Of a stretch of DNA of 64,000 bases, positions 38,609 to 51,350 are shown in pieces. The notes under the pieces are model-generated. The model ran no database searches and was not told the origin of the DNA. It saw nothing but the letters and a program-made list of their open reading frames with translations. The position numbers were made by a program, and so were the translations under genes. The stretch comes from Octopus vulgaris. Taxonomy: Eukaryota. The DNA is taken from contig OX597816.1 in the NCBI GenBank assembly GCA_951406725.2, positions 173,600,001 to 173,664,000 of the forward strand, given 5' to 3'. How positions within the stretch are numbered: position 1 is the first letter of the stretch; each line of letters starts with the position of its first letter.

Positions 38609-38828
38609 TATTTCTTTACTACCCACAAGGGGCTAAACACAGAGGGGGCAAGCAAGGACAGACAAACGGATTAAGTCGATTACATCGACCCCAGTGCTTA
38701 ACTGGTACTTAATTTATCGACCCCGAAAGGATGAAAGGCAAAGTTGACCATGGCGGAATTTGAACTCACAACATAACGGCAGCCGAAATACTGCAAAGCA
38801 TTTCGCCCGATGTGCTAACGATTCTGCC
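38609..38828 (-). mobile_element. SINE family B copy
   Basis: Matches 21632-21854. Confidence 0.85.
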
Positions 38829-39086
38829 ACTACCATCAACATCATCCACAACCATTGTAAATGTCACCATCATTACTCTGACCAGAACAGCAGACATCAG
38901 TGGCAGTTCTCAAACTGACAAACACCAATACCTCCCCCACCACACACACACGCATGCACACACACACACACACACACATGCACACAAAAATATTAGTGAA
39001 ATTTTTTGTACAGCTCTTTTTATTGATAAGACAAAATAAAGTTTATATCCATAAACTCTTCTTTCTAAAAAAAACTAATTTTATTA

Positions 39087-39250
39087 GGCGCAGGAGTGGC
39101 TGTGTGGTAAGTAGCTTGCTTACCAATCACATGGTTGCAGGTTCAGTCCCACTGCGTGGCATCTTGGGCACAAGTGTCTTCTGCTATAGCCCCGGGCCAA
39201 CCAAAGGCTTGTGAGTGGATTTGGTAGACAGAAACTGAAAGAAGCCTGTC

Positions 39251-39306
<56 letters not shown>

Positions 39307-39509
39307 ATGTGTGTGTGTTTGTACCCCTAGCATTGCTTGACAACTGATGCTGGTGTGTTTACGTCCCCGTCATTTAGCGGTTCGGCAAAAGAGACCGATA
39401 GAATAAGTACTGGGCTTACAAAGAATAAGTCCTGGGGTCGATTTGCTCGACTAAAGGCGGTGCTCCAGCATGGCCGCAGTTAAATGACTGAAACAAGTAA
39501 AAGAGTAAA
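39087..39509 (+). mobile_element. SINE family A copy
   Basis: Matches 2662-3090. Confidence 0.9.
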
Positions 39510-39949
39510 TCCTTTAGCATTTAAATTGGCCACATCCAGCACAAATATTCTACATGTTTTATGTTCAAACCAGACAGAGCTGGTCTCTCATACCAACCGT
39601 AAAATGTTATTCTTAAAATAAACAATCACATCAGTTAAATCTTACAGCTACAAGAGACTGCATGATTAATTCAAAACAACATGAATAAATAAGCTTTACA
39701 ATCCAATACAATTTTTGCAATCAGCTGTTCAGAGCAAGAACTGGCCTTATTAGTCATCAGAAAGCTCATCATCCCTTATAGCACAAATGGCCCTCCCACC
39801 CCAACCTCCAGACTAAAAAGTATTAAATACTCAGAAACAAGTTCTTGTCTCCACCACCACCACCACCAGCTAGGGGGAAGTATTTACCAGTACCTAAATC
39901 AAGAGTTACATATCTAGTACCTAAATCTAGAGTTATATCTAAGGTATTA

Positions 39950-40210
39950 AGGCACCTGTGTTGGTGGCACAAAAAAACACCATCTGAGCATGGCTGTTCG
40001 CCAGCCTCATCTGGCACCTGTGTCGGTGGTACATAAAAAGCACCCACTACACTCACAGAGTGGTTGGTGTTAGGAAGGGCATCCAGCTGTAAAAACTCTG
40101 CCAGATCTGACTAGCCTGGTGCAGCCTTCTGGCTTCCCAGACCCCAGTTGAACCGTCCAACCCATGCTAGCATGGAAAGCAGACGTTAAACGATGATGAT
40201 GATGATGATG
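39950..40210 (+). mobile_element. RTE-LINE 3' UTR copy with (GAT)n tail
   Basis: gttaggaagggcatccagctgt..cccatgctagcatggaaagcagacgttaaacgatgatgat. Confidence 0.8.
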
Positions 40211-40544
40211 TATTAAATATTCTTAGAATTGTATCTACTGTGATCCTTAAATCTGTTAAAATACATTGATGAACTCCTTCCTTTCAGAATCTACTGAGTG
40301 GCCATTCACATGCCACACAATGTATACTTCATCATTATGAAATTGACCAACTTCTGTATCAATTCACAAACCTCATCTCTATTGTGCAATCCCATAGCTA
40401 CATGAAAAAAATTCTTTGTCATTATGTTTAACAAAGAATGTATTGGTTGTATATAAAATAATATGGCAGAGAGAAAGGCAGTCAACCGTTACTACCCTCC
40501 TGACTGGAACCCCAGTAAGGGGTCAATCAATAAGTATGTTGGTA

Positions 40545-41201
40545 TTGGTGGTATTGTTAGGAAGCTGTCTATGGTATATGTCAAGATCAGTTTTGGATAG
40601 AGTTTTCGTTTTGTTAATGTGTTTAGAGCATTAAAATTTTCTTAAATCTCTGTAGAACATCTTCAAAGTATTTGGATGATTATCCTCAAATAGCAAACAC
40701 TTCCTAGCATACAGAATTATTTATTATCATACTTATTCTAAAAGTTTTCAAGAATGGATTTAGTTATAGATATCAAATGGCATAAGTTTACAAAAGCATT
40801 TATCATCTGTTATTGAATTACTTGGTAATGGATCAGTTATTATTCCATGACAAGAGAAGGAACCTGCTTAATGTTAAAAAATTATGGAATCTAAAATATT
40901 TTCACTGACCCTACCTATCTCACTTTTTTTCTATTAACTGAATTACCTTTATAATCATTAGAAATAACGCATGTTCCTATAACATTTTGCACAAGTGCTG
41001 GTAGCTATTACTTTTACTTCTAAATTAGCAGCACATTAAATAAAATAGTTGGTTTTCCTATAGGGATTGGTGGTATTGTTAGGAAGCTGTCTATGGTATA
41101 TGTCAAGATCAGCTTTGGATAGAGTTTTTGTTTTGTTTATGTGTTTAGAGCATTAAAATTTTCTTAAATCTCTGTAGAACATCTTCAAAGTATTTGGATG
41201 A
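40545..41201. repeat. ~135-bp direct repeat pair (about 40545-40680 and 41066-41201)
   Basis: attggtggtattgttaggaagctgtctatgg...aaagtatttggatgat occurs twice with few mismatches. Confidence 0.85.
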
Positions 41202-41574
41202 TTTTTCTGTATACAAACCCTTTTCATCACCCTAAATATATGCAGTGAGCACTTTATTTTATTTGTAAACTTGTCCAGATCTCATTTGTGTAAAAGAGGG
41301 CAGATAGGATGATGCTGTTAAAGAGTCTGGCATGTATGGCATTGTCTAGCTTTGTTTGGAGTACATCCTTTATTGAGTTAAATGACTTCCATCTCAACAC
41401 ATATTCACTGTGTGCTATAAATAGAGGTACTCCTTTACCTCCTATATCTGATCACTTCTCACCTCTATTCAGGCCTATGCAACATCTTCCAACTGTCTAT
41501 ATCTTGTTTGCATCTGGCTCATTTGAAGACCTACTGCTAAGCTCTAAGTGTTCAGCTCTATCAGCATAATGTGT

Positions 41575-41650
41575 GTTTGTTAGTGTGTGTACTATATATA
41601 TATATATATATATGTGTATATATATATATATATATATGTGTATATATGTG

Positions 41651-41734
<84 letters not shown>

Positions 41735-41894
41735 TGTATATATATATGTGTGTGTATATATATATGTGTGTGTGTATATATATATATGTGTGTATATATA
41801 TATATGTGTATATATATATATATATATGTGTATATATATATATATATATGTGTATATATATATATATATGTGTATATATGTGTATATATATATG

Positions 41895-41932
<38 letters not shown>

Positions 41933-41978
41933 TATGTGTATATATGTGTATATATATATGTGTATATATGTGTATATA

Positions 41979-42017
<39 letters not shown>

Positions 42018-42283
42018 ATATATATATATATATAGACATGTATATATATATAAGTATATATGTGTATATATATATGTGTATATATATATATATGTGTGTG
42101 TGTATATATATATATGTGTGTGTGTGTATATATATATGTGTGTGTGTGTGTGTATGTGTGTGTGTATATATATATATATATGTATATATATATACACACA
42201 CACACATATATATACACATACATACACACACAAACATATATATATATACATACTTTTACAGACATATATACATATATATATAT
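41575..42283. repeat. ~700-bp compound (TA)/(TG)/(CA) microsatellite
   Basis: Direct observation. Source of the longest spurious ORFs. Confidence 0.95.
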
Positions 42284-42337
42284 CATCATCATCATCGTTT
42301 AACGATGATGATGATGATATATATATATATGTATATA

Positions 42338-42520
42338 TATTTCTTTACTGCCCACAAAGGGCTAAACATAGAGGAGACAAACAAGGACAGACAAAGGGAT
42401 TAAGTCAATTACATCGACCCCAGTGCGTAACTGGTACTTAATTTATCGACCGTGAAAGGATGAAAGGCAAAGTCGACCTCGGCGGAATTTGAACTCAGAA
42501 CATAACGGCGGACAAAATAC
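42338..42520 (-). mobile_element. SINE family B, 5'-truncated copy
   Basis: Matches 21632-21805. Confidence 0.8.
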
Positions 42521-42535
42521 ACACACACAGATATG

Positions 42536-42820
42536 CATCATCATCATCGTTGTTTAGCGTCTGCTTTCTATGCTGGCAAGGGCTGGATGGTTTGACTGAG
42601 GGCTGGCAAGTGAGGAGGCAGCACCAGGCTCCAATTCGATCTGGCAATGTTTCTGCAGCTGGATACCCTTCCTAACGTTAACCACTCCAAGAATGTAGTG
42701 GGTGCTTTTCATGTGCCACCAGCATGAGAGCCAGTCAGGCGGTACCGGTATCGGCCACGCTTGAATGGTGCTTTTTACATGCCACCAGCACGGGACCAGT
42801 CAGCTGGCAATGGCATCGAT
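42536..42820 (-). mobile_element. RTE-LINE 3' UTR copy, older
   Basis: (CAT)n, then cagctggatacccttcctaacg..gggtgcttttcatgtgccacc. Confidence 0.75.
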
Positions 42821-42984
42821 CAGAAACTTTCCAAGGACCAACCAACCTGTCTCCAAGATACCAACCCAAATCATAACTCCACCTCCCGGCATCTCAAACG
42901 ATGAGTACTATTTCCTCTAATTCCAACCCATCCTTTACTCCACCCATCTGGTCCATCTAGGGTAGCATGACATTTGTCAGTAAA

Positions 42985-43540
42985 GAGGCATGCTATCTCA
43001 ATTTTTAAAAGTTGCCAGATCTTTCATCCACAAGGTTTGTAAGGAGCTAGAGACTGAAGATGGAAGCATATCACCAAAATCAAAGCATAAAAAAGCATTC
43101 TAAATGCTTTAAAATCATAAGAACACCTGAATTTATCCAACAGACCACTGATTACAATCCCAGAAAGTCCATGACATCAATTACAAAAGATATCAAGAAG
43201 ATGTTAGAAGGAACAGTCTGAAATGTTGTCCAAATAGGAATCAGATATAAGTCTTATATGATGAGGAAAAGTCAATTTGACAGAAAAAGCAAAATCACTA
43301 CATCAGATCTAAAAGGCTCTTAAACATACTGAAAAATCCAGCAGAAAAGTTGATTTAGGATTTTCTCAAATGAATAAAACTTCGACCAAGATCAAAAACT
43401 TAACAGAAGAAATTACATATGGTTATGTGCAGACCCTTCTGAAGTTTCAAGTGTGTTCCTGCAACTGTCATGGAATTAGAGGTTGTCGACAATGATGGAT
43501 ATGTGATACCACCTTACTTCTTTCCATAAGGCCTTTGAGT
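42985..43540 (+). pseudogene. Tc1/mariner maT (DD37D-like) transposase fragment
   Basis: [71 protein letters not shown]. Confidence 0.7.
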
Positions 43541-43580
<40 letters not shown>

Positions 43581-43586
43581 CATACA

Positions 43587-43620
<34 letters not shown>

Positions 43621-43688
43621 CATATATATATATGTATGTATGTATATATGTATATATGTATGTATATATATATATGTATATGAATATA

Positions 43689-43734
<46 letters not shown>

Positions 43735-43744
43735 AATGTATATA

Positions 43745-43776
<32 letters not shown>

Positions 43777-43793
43777 CAGACATATACATGTAT

Positions 43794-43825
<32 letters not shown>

Positions 43826-43865
43826 GCATGCATATACACACACACACACACATATGTGTATGTGT
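43541..43865. repeat. Compound (TA)/(TACA)/(TG) microsatellite
   Basis: Direct observation. Confidence 0.95.
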
Positions 43866-43969
43866 TTATATTTTCTTTTGGATGTCATTAAAAAATTCTA
43901 GATATTTCTCAGTTTCTGTGTGTTTGTGTGTGTGTGTTGTTCATGTGTGTGTTTGTGCATGTGGGACAG

Positions 43970-44009
<40 letters not shown>

Positions 44010-44474
44010 AGAGTGGATGCATAATTGAGTGAAGACATAAGCACACATGTGCACACACTGGCATAAACACAATTTGTTTGCTATTTGAATAACGCAGTCT
44101 ACTTGAAGGCAGCAAGTAAAGCGAGACATCTGCTAAGTCCCTCCTCCTGAAACCCATCACTTATTCATCTTTTGGCAGGCTGAGTCATAAGAGAGAGGGA
44201 TAGCAATTGCATCACCTTTTGTAGTTAGAGTTTGTGAACATTACTGGATCTAGTTATTGATTTCTTTTTGTTTTTTTTTTCTGTTTTTAATTTCATTCCT
44301 TTTGAAGAAAGAAACCTTAATTTGAAAGCCCACCCCCTCAAAAGATATTTTAATGCCACAAGCATTCTTGTCTCTGTCTGTGTCTCTCACTCTCTCTCTA
44401 TATATATATATGTGTGTGTGTATGTATTTATACACACACATACACTGACACTGAACCACACACACACATATATG

Positions 44475-45690
44475 ATGTATTATAAAATTCACTGTGTGTG
44501 TGTATGTTTCCTCTATCCATGGCCAAACCACTGGATCAATCTGTACCGAATTTGGCCTGAAGGTTTTCATTACTCAGAGAAGGTTCTGAGATGGGCCAAA
44601 TTTTGGCCCCTGCCCACAGAGGGGACTGTAGCCCCCCCACCGCCACTGTATGCCACTTCCTTTTTTTTTTTTTAAGCACTATAATACCAAATTTGGCATG
44701 AAGATTTTTCATTACTTGGGGAAGGTTCTGAGGGGGAGGGGCCAAATTTTAGCCCTTGCCATATAGGGAACTGTTGCCCCCCCCCCCCTTCCGTATACAA
44801 CCCTTCTGGCTTTTTTTTTCAGCAGTATAATATTGTTTCACTTTTGATAAGACTATAATATTGTTTCACTTCCATTCTTTATTGCTTCACTGTTTCGCTT
44901 GTATTCATTTACTTTCGACTTCCAATTTTTTTCAGTAGTATAATATTGTTTCACTTTTATTCTTTCACTTTTGATAAGGCCCTAACATTGTCTATACTAA
45001 ATACATACATACAACTGCTTATAAAAATAGAGATTAATGTATAATTTTCTCTATGGTCATAATTTTTTGTTTACAATATTGAAAGATGCCACCAAAGAAA
45101 CGATGTAATCTCTCCAGAAACAACTATAAAGCAAGGAGGATTGTAAAAAACCAAAGGTGAGAGTCTCAAGAGAAAAAGAAGATGAGACTTTCTCAAGATC
45201 AGCAAACGCATGCTGCAGCATGTCAAGTGGAGTGTCAAGACAGAAATGAGATGACACTTTCCCAAGATCAGCAAATGCAGCACATGTCAAATGGAGTTTC
45301 AAGACAAGCAAGATGACACTTTCTCAAGATCAGCAAGCTGTAGCACATCATATGGAGTCTCAATACCGAAGGGTGATGAGAATTCCCCAAAATATCCAAA
45401 TGAAACTAATAGCATGTGCTGCTCAATGTCTTATAGATCTTCTGGAAGGCACTTCCCACCCAGTTAAAGGATTTTCTGAACAATATCAGACAATACAACT
45501 CTGCATTTCAGATGACATCATTTGGTGCATCTAAGGAGATAGTTGAACATGGATTTACGCCAACATTCAAAGTTCAAGGATAAGTCTATCACCCCATTGC
45601 TTCCCTGTTACCAACAAAGGGACAACTACACTTCTTCCAAATTTACTTAATGAATGATGTAGCATAACAAATCTGAAGGTGTCGACATTT
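44475..45690 (+). pseudogene. Fossil 5' end of an autonomous Helitron (5' UTR and RepHel N-terminus)
   Basis: Helitron-type 5' region (tgtgtatgtttc..ggccaaaccactggatcaatctgtaccgaatttgg). ATG at 45086 gives MPPKKRCNLSRN..RLSQDQQ repeats..KYPNETNSMCCS..FLNNIRQYNSAFQMTSFGASKEIVEHGFTPTFKVQG*VYHPIASLLP..FFQIY, with stops and frameshifts. Confidence 0.8.
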
Positions 45691-45771
45691 CAGATGATGG
45701 GTCGTGTTAGACACAGCGCTGACTGCCACAAAGGAGAGTATATCCACTGACAGCTTTTTGGTTTATTCAAA

Positions 45772-46761
45772 AATACTAAATGGCAGTGAAACATGGGCCA
45801 TGACTGCTGAGGACATGCATAAGCTTGCAAGGAATGAATGGATGTGTAATGTCAGTGTGCATACTCAGCAGAATGTAAGTGCCTTGAAAGAAAAGTTGGA
45901 CCTAAGAAGCATCAGATGTGGTGTGCAAGAGAGATAACTGTGCTAATATGGTCATGTGGTGCGAATGGATGAGGATAGCTGTGTGAAAACGTGTCACACC
46001 CTAACGGTTGAGGAAAACTGTGGAAGATGTAGACCCAGGAAGACCTGGGATGAAGTGGTGAAGCACGACCTTCGAACATTAGGCCTCACCGAGGCAATGA
46101 CTAGTGACCGAGACCTTTGGAAATATGCTGTGCTTGAGAAGACCCGGCAAGCCAAATGAGACCATAACCCGTGGCCTATGCCAGTGGTGTAACCAGCCCA
46201 CTTAGATGTACCTTTCTTTCATTAGACACAAAACTCTGCTTGCGAAGACCTGTTGAGGCAAGTGAAATCAAAATCAAAATCAAATTCGATGACAGCACCA
46301 CATGACTGGCATCCATGCTAGTGGAGCACTAAGAGCACCATCCGAGCATGAATGTTGCCAGGGCCGCTGACTGGCCCCCATGCCGGTGGCACATAAAAAG
46401 CACTATTCAACCATGATCGTTACCAGCATCCCCATAATGGCACTTGTGCCAGCAGAACGTGAAAAACAACATTCGAGCAAGGGTGTTGCCAGTGCCACTG
46501 GACTGGCTCCTGTGCAGGTGGAACGTAAAACACCATTTGAGCATGCCCGTTGCCAGTACCACCGGACTGGCCATCGTGCCGGTGGCACATAACAGCACCC
46601 ACTACACTCTCGGAGTGGTTGGCATTAGGAAGGACATCCAGCTGTAGAAACTCTACCAGATCGGATTGGAGCCTTGTGCAGCCATCTGGCTCACCAGTCC
46701 CCAGTCAAACCATCCGACCCATGCCAGCAAAGAAAGCAGACATTAGACGATGATGATGATG
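45772..46761 (+). mobile_element. RTE-clade LINE 3' ~1 kb (RT C-terminus, 3' UTR, (GAT)n)
   Basis: LNGSETWAMT..WMCNVS..YGHVVRM..RPRKTWDEVVKHDL..DRDLWKYAV*, tail gacgatgatgatgatg. Confidence 0.88.
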
Positions 46762-46827
46762 TGAACAATAATGTTTTCTAAACAAAAGTGTTCAATAATT
46801 AATTCTGGATATATATATATTTGTGTG

Positions 46828-46866
<39 letters not shown>

Positions 46867-47207
46867 CAGTGAGAAACTGATAAAATAAATAAAATTTCCT
46901 ATAAAAATTTGCAGTTTTATTTTGATTAAACTCCCAGCGTCTTCAGAGCAAAGACTTTAAATGCTGTCAACTGCTTTAGCATCTGTGACTGTCACCCACT
47001 CCTCCTCCATCTGTTGATTTACTCTTTCTTCCCTCTAGTGTAACTAACAGGACATACTTTGTGTTTTATTATATTTAAGATAATTTACTATTTGTTATAT
47101 CTGCTTCATTCTAAAGTTGCTTGATGTTATTTTCTGATTTATTATATAAAGAGTGGGGTCATGTATGCATAAATGACTATATATGTACATACATGCATGC
47201 GTATATA

Positions 47208-47255
<48 letters not shown>

Positions 47256-47256
<1 letters not shown>

Positions 47257-47654
47257 GCAGGAGTGGCTTTATGGTAAGTAGCTTGCTTACCAACCACATG
47301 GTTCCGGGTTCAGTCCCACTGCGTGGCATCTTGGGCAAGTGTCTTCTGCTATAGCCCCGGGCCGACCAATGCCTTGTGAGTGGATTTGGTAGATGGTAAC
47401 TGAAAGAAGCCTGTCGTATATATGTATGTGTGTATATGTTTGTGTGTCTGTGCTTGTCCCCCCAACATCGCTTGACAATTGATGCTGGTGTGTTTACGTC
47501 CCCGTCACTTAGCGGTTCGGCAAAAGAGACCGATAGAATAAGTACTGGGCTTACAAAGAATAAGTCCCGGGGTCAATTTGCTCGACTAAAGGCGGTGCTC
47601 CAGCATGGCCGCAGTCAAATGACTGAAACAAGTAAAAGAGTAAAAAAGAGAGTA
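47256..47654 (+). mobile_element. SINE family A copy
   Basis: Matches family A. Confidence 0.9.
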
Positions 47655-48353
47655 CACATACATAAGCATTCACACACACACATATATACAATACACACAT
47701 ATATATATATATACAATACATATATATATATATGTATGTATGTATATGTGTGTGTACATGTATATATAGATAAGCAGAAATATGAATAAAAAACATGTAG
47801 AAGCCTGGTTGGTTATAGATAGAAGTAAATTTATAAATCTAAATATGTATACATGTGCATGCATGTACATGTAGGTGTGTGTGTGCATGTGTGTGCGTAT
47901 GAATGTATGTATATAGTCACCTAGATACTAGTTTATATATATATATGTGTGTGTGTGTGTGCGCATGCAAATAAATGCACACAGAAGCAGAAGTACACAC
48001 ACACATACACACACACACATACAAACAGAAGGATACATACATACATACATATACAAGCACATGTGCACACTGGTACGCACACACATGCGTGCAGCAAGGT
48101 CTCAGACAAATACGGCTTCTGAAAGAGACTAAGAGAAAAGTCTTTGAAAAGGTTGCAAATAGCAACGAAAGAATTTCAACAAAAAACAAAAACAAAAGAA
48201 TCGAATGACACACTGCTTTACCGAGTTAGGCAAACAATCGATTACTTTAGATCTTCAACCAATTGACTAATAATAAAGGAGTGGAATTGAACCTGTGCAC
48301 ATGTTAATAATATTGACATAAGAATTCTCCTTAGACACAACAAAATTTGTATA

Positions 48354-48724
48354 CACTACCGTCAGAAATTAATTAGCACCCTTGATTTGCTCTTCACTCA
48401 AGGTATGTGCTGTCACCTAGTGGCCATATCTTGAACTATTGCTTTGTTGCAAGTTCACTGTTGCGCAGAACGATGATGTAACTTTGTTTGCAGAGCTGTT
48501 TGAGAGTCTACAGCCTTATGATGCAGTGCAACAACAACTTGGAGTGCAGATGCAGACAAATCTTCCTTCGTTTAATAGATATAGGTAGCGCCTCGCAAGG
48601 ACCGAAATCACACCATACTAAGTTTTCTGATCGCGTAAGACGTTTTGAACAGCTCATAGGTTAATTGATTTAACCTATTTAATGTAGAAATTTGAGAAGT
48701 GCTAATTAATTTCTGACGCAAGTG
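48354..48724. mobile_element. Tc1/mariner-type MITE
   Basis: TA|cactaccgtcagaaattaattagcac ... gtgctaattaatttctgacgcaagtg|TA: 26-bp TIRs and a TA TSD. Confidence 0.8.
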
Positions 48725-48829
48725 TATATGTATATATGTGTATATATATTTCAGCTGTTGATTAACTCCTAATTGAATGATAGCCATTCTATCTTTTTAG
48801 GAGTATCAAGGAGTACTTAAAGTAATGTC

Positions 48830-49240
48830 TTTCTTTCTTTCTTTTCTGTTACTTGTTTCAGTCATTTGACTGTGGCCATGCTGGAGCACCGCCTTTAGTC
48901 GAGCAAATCGACCCCGGGACTTATTCTTTGTAAGCCCAGGACTTATTCTATCGGTCTCTTTTTGCCAAACCGCTAAGTGACGGAGACATGAATACACCAG
49001 CATCGGTTGTCAAGCAATGCTAAGGGGACAAACACAGACACACAAACATATAAACACACATACATATATATATATACATATATACAAGAGGCATCTTTCA
49101 GTTTCTATCTACCAAATCCACTCACAAGGCATTGGTCGGCCCGGGGCTATAGCAGAAGACACTTGCCCAAGATGCCACATAGTGGGACTGAACCCGGAAC
49201 CATGTGGTTGGTAAGCAAGCTACTTACCACACAGCCACTC
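48830..49240 (-). mobile_element. SINE family A copy
   Basis: Reverse complement of family A. Confidence 0.9.
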
Positions 49241-49714
49241 TTTTCCTTTTTTTTAATGATATTATTTAAGGGGGATTTGATGCCTACTTATAACAACTCA
49301 AGTCATCACCTGCAGACTTCCAGTGTGCAACTGTCTTTACCCTACTTCAATTATTAAATACCATCAAAACTGAACAGTTTCACAAATCTCATTACCTTAA
49401 TCTTGCACACTGTTTTCATGTCAAACTTCTTTCTTCAAAAGTGAAAGTCTTTCAAAATTAATAGTAAAACCTCAATGGTTGTTATTTTCTTCTTGATATT
49501 GTTTAGTAGTTTACACTTTAAAGTACACATTTCATTAATAAGTTAGCTTTTATGATGTGTAGTTGAAGTATGATACATTAGCACTTTAGCTGCAGCTGAG
49601 TGTTAATATCTTCAGTAGTTGCAAAGGAGTTCAGAGCAGGAAAGAGGTGAGAATGGTAGTTGAGAAACTTACTGTTGTTCGAGAGGGGATAAAACTGTTA
49701 TAGGTACCAACAAG

Positions 49715-49766
<52 letters not shown>

Positions 49767-50009
49767 AGATGGCTGAAATAGTAGTGAGCCAGACTAATTA
49801 CCTTATAGTTAAGTGGGCAAAGAAATTTTACTTAGTTAAAATTACAACCTTATTGATGAAAGTAATCATAAATTAAAAGCCTCATTGTAGGGTGGGGAGG
49901 AAGCAGGGGATATAAACTTAAAACTTTAATTCATCAGTGTTAATTATGGAATGCAGTGGAAAATAAGTCTTTGATTCCCCACCATCAATCATCACTCTTT
50001 TAAACCCTT

Positions 50010-50815
50010 TCGTCTTTTATCATTTACTTGTTTCAGTCATTTGACTGTGGTCATGCTGGGGCATTGCCTTGAAGGGTTTTAGTTAAGCTAATCAACCTCA
50101 GGACTTTTTTTAAAGCCTGGTATTTATTTTATTGGTCTTTTTTGCCAAACTGTAAAGTTACAGGGATGTAAACATACCAACGCTGGTTGTCAGCAGTGGT
50201 GGGAGACAAACACAGATACAAAGACACACAGGCACATGCACAGATACACACACACACACACATATATATACACATTAGGCTTCTTTCAGTTTCCACCTAC
50301 CAAATCCATTCAATGGTTGTTATTTTTTTCTTGATGTTGTTTAGTAGTTTACTCTTTAAGGTACACATTTCATTAATAAGTTAGCTTGAGGCTATAGTAG
50401 AAGACACTTGCCCAAGGTGCCACGTAGTGGGACTGAACCTGAAAATTGCCCAAGGTGCCACGTAGTGGGACTGAACCTGAAACTTGCCCAAGGTGCCACT
50501 TAGTGGGACTGAACCTGAAACTTGCCCAAGGTGCCACGTAGTGGGACTGAACCTGAAACTTGCCCAAGGTGCCACGTAGTGGGACTGAACCTGAAACTTG
50601 CCCAAGGTGCCACGTAGTGGGACTGAACCTGAAACTTGCCCAAGGTTCCACGTAGTGGGACTGAACCTGAAACTTGCCCAAGGTGCCACGTAGTAGGACT
50701 GAACCTGAAACTTGCCCAAGGTGCCACGTAGTGGGACTGAACCTGAAACTTGCCCAAGGTGCCACACAGTGGGACTGAACCTGAAACCAAGCTTCTTACC
50801 ACACAACCATACATG
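50010..50815 (-). mobile_element. Older SINE family A copy carrying a templated insertion and a 38-bp tandem array
   Basis: SINE tail to body at 50010-50309, foreign segment at 50310-50387, SINE head resumes at 50388. Confidence 0.75.
50407..50786. repeat. Minisatellite, 10 x 38 bp (cttgcccaaggtgccacgtagtgggactgaacctgaaa), SINE-derived
   Basis: Units start at 50407, 50445, 50483, 50521 ... 50749, with few substitutions and no spacers. Confidence 0.95.
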
Positions 50816-50949
50816 TTTTACAACATTTATTTTATCCTCTTATGTGAAATCCTGCCTAAAATCAATTTTGCCTTTCATGTTCTCAGGGCTGGAACAATAA
50901 ATACCTACACTCTTTAAGACAGGGATGGCATATTTTAAGCTGAAAATAA

Positions 50950-51350
50950 TAAGGCGGTATCTTGCTTCCCAACCACATGGTTCCGAGTTCAATCATAGCT
51001 GTACAACACATTGGGCAAGTATCTTCTATTATAGCCTTGGACCAACCAAGCCTTGTGAGTGGATTTGGTTGACAGAAACTGAAAGAAACAATCTATATGT
51101 GTGTGTGTGTGTGTAATATATACACACCTATGTGTGTGTCTTCTTGCTCATGTTTGTACACTATCACCACTTGACAACCAGTCTTGGAGCGTTTGCATCC
51201 CGGTAACTTAGCAATTTTGGTAAAAGGGACTGAAAGAATATATACCAGATTTTTAAAAAAATAAGTAGGGGTCAATTTCTTCAACTAAGATTCTTCAAGA
51301 CTGTTGCCCCAGCATGGCCGCAGTCTAATGACTGAAACAAGTAAAAAAAA
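50950..51350 (+). mobile_element. Old SINE family A copy
   Basis: Diverged match ending cagcatggccgcagtctaatgactgaaacaagtaaaa. Confidence 0.7.

Noticed and set aside
41497-42441. Longest ORFs in the track (219-284 aa, Y/I/C/V/H/T-rich)
   Set aside because: Translations of (TA)/(TG)/(CA) microsatellites, open in several frames on both strands.
50407-50786. Possible CRISPR array (38-bp repeats) and ORFs 50373-50814
   Set aside because: Units are head-to-tail with no unique spacers, derive from a SINE, and there are no cas genes in this animal context.
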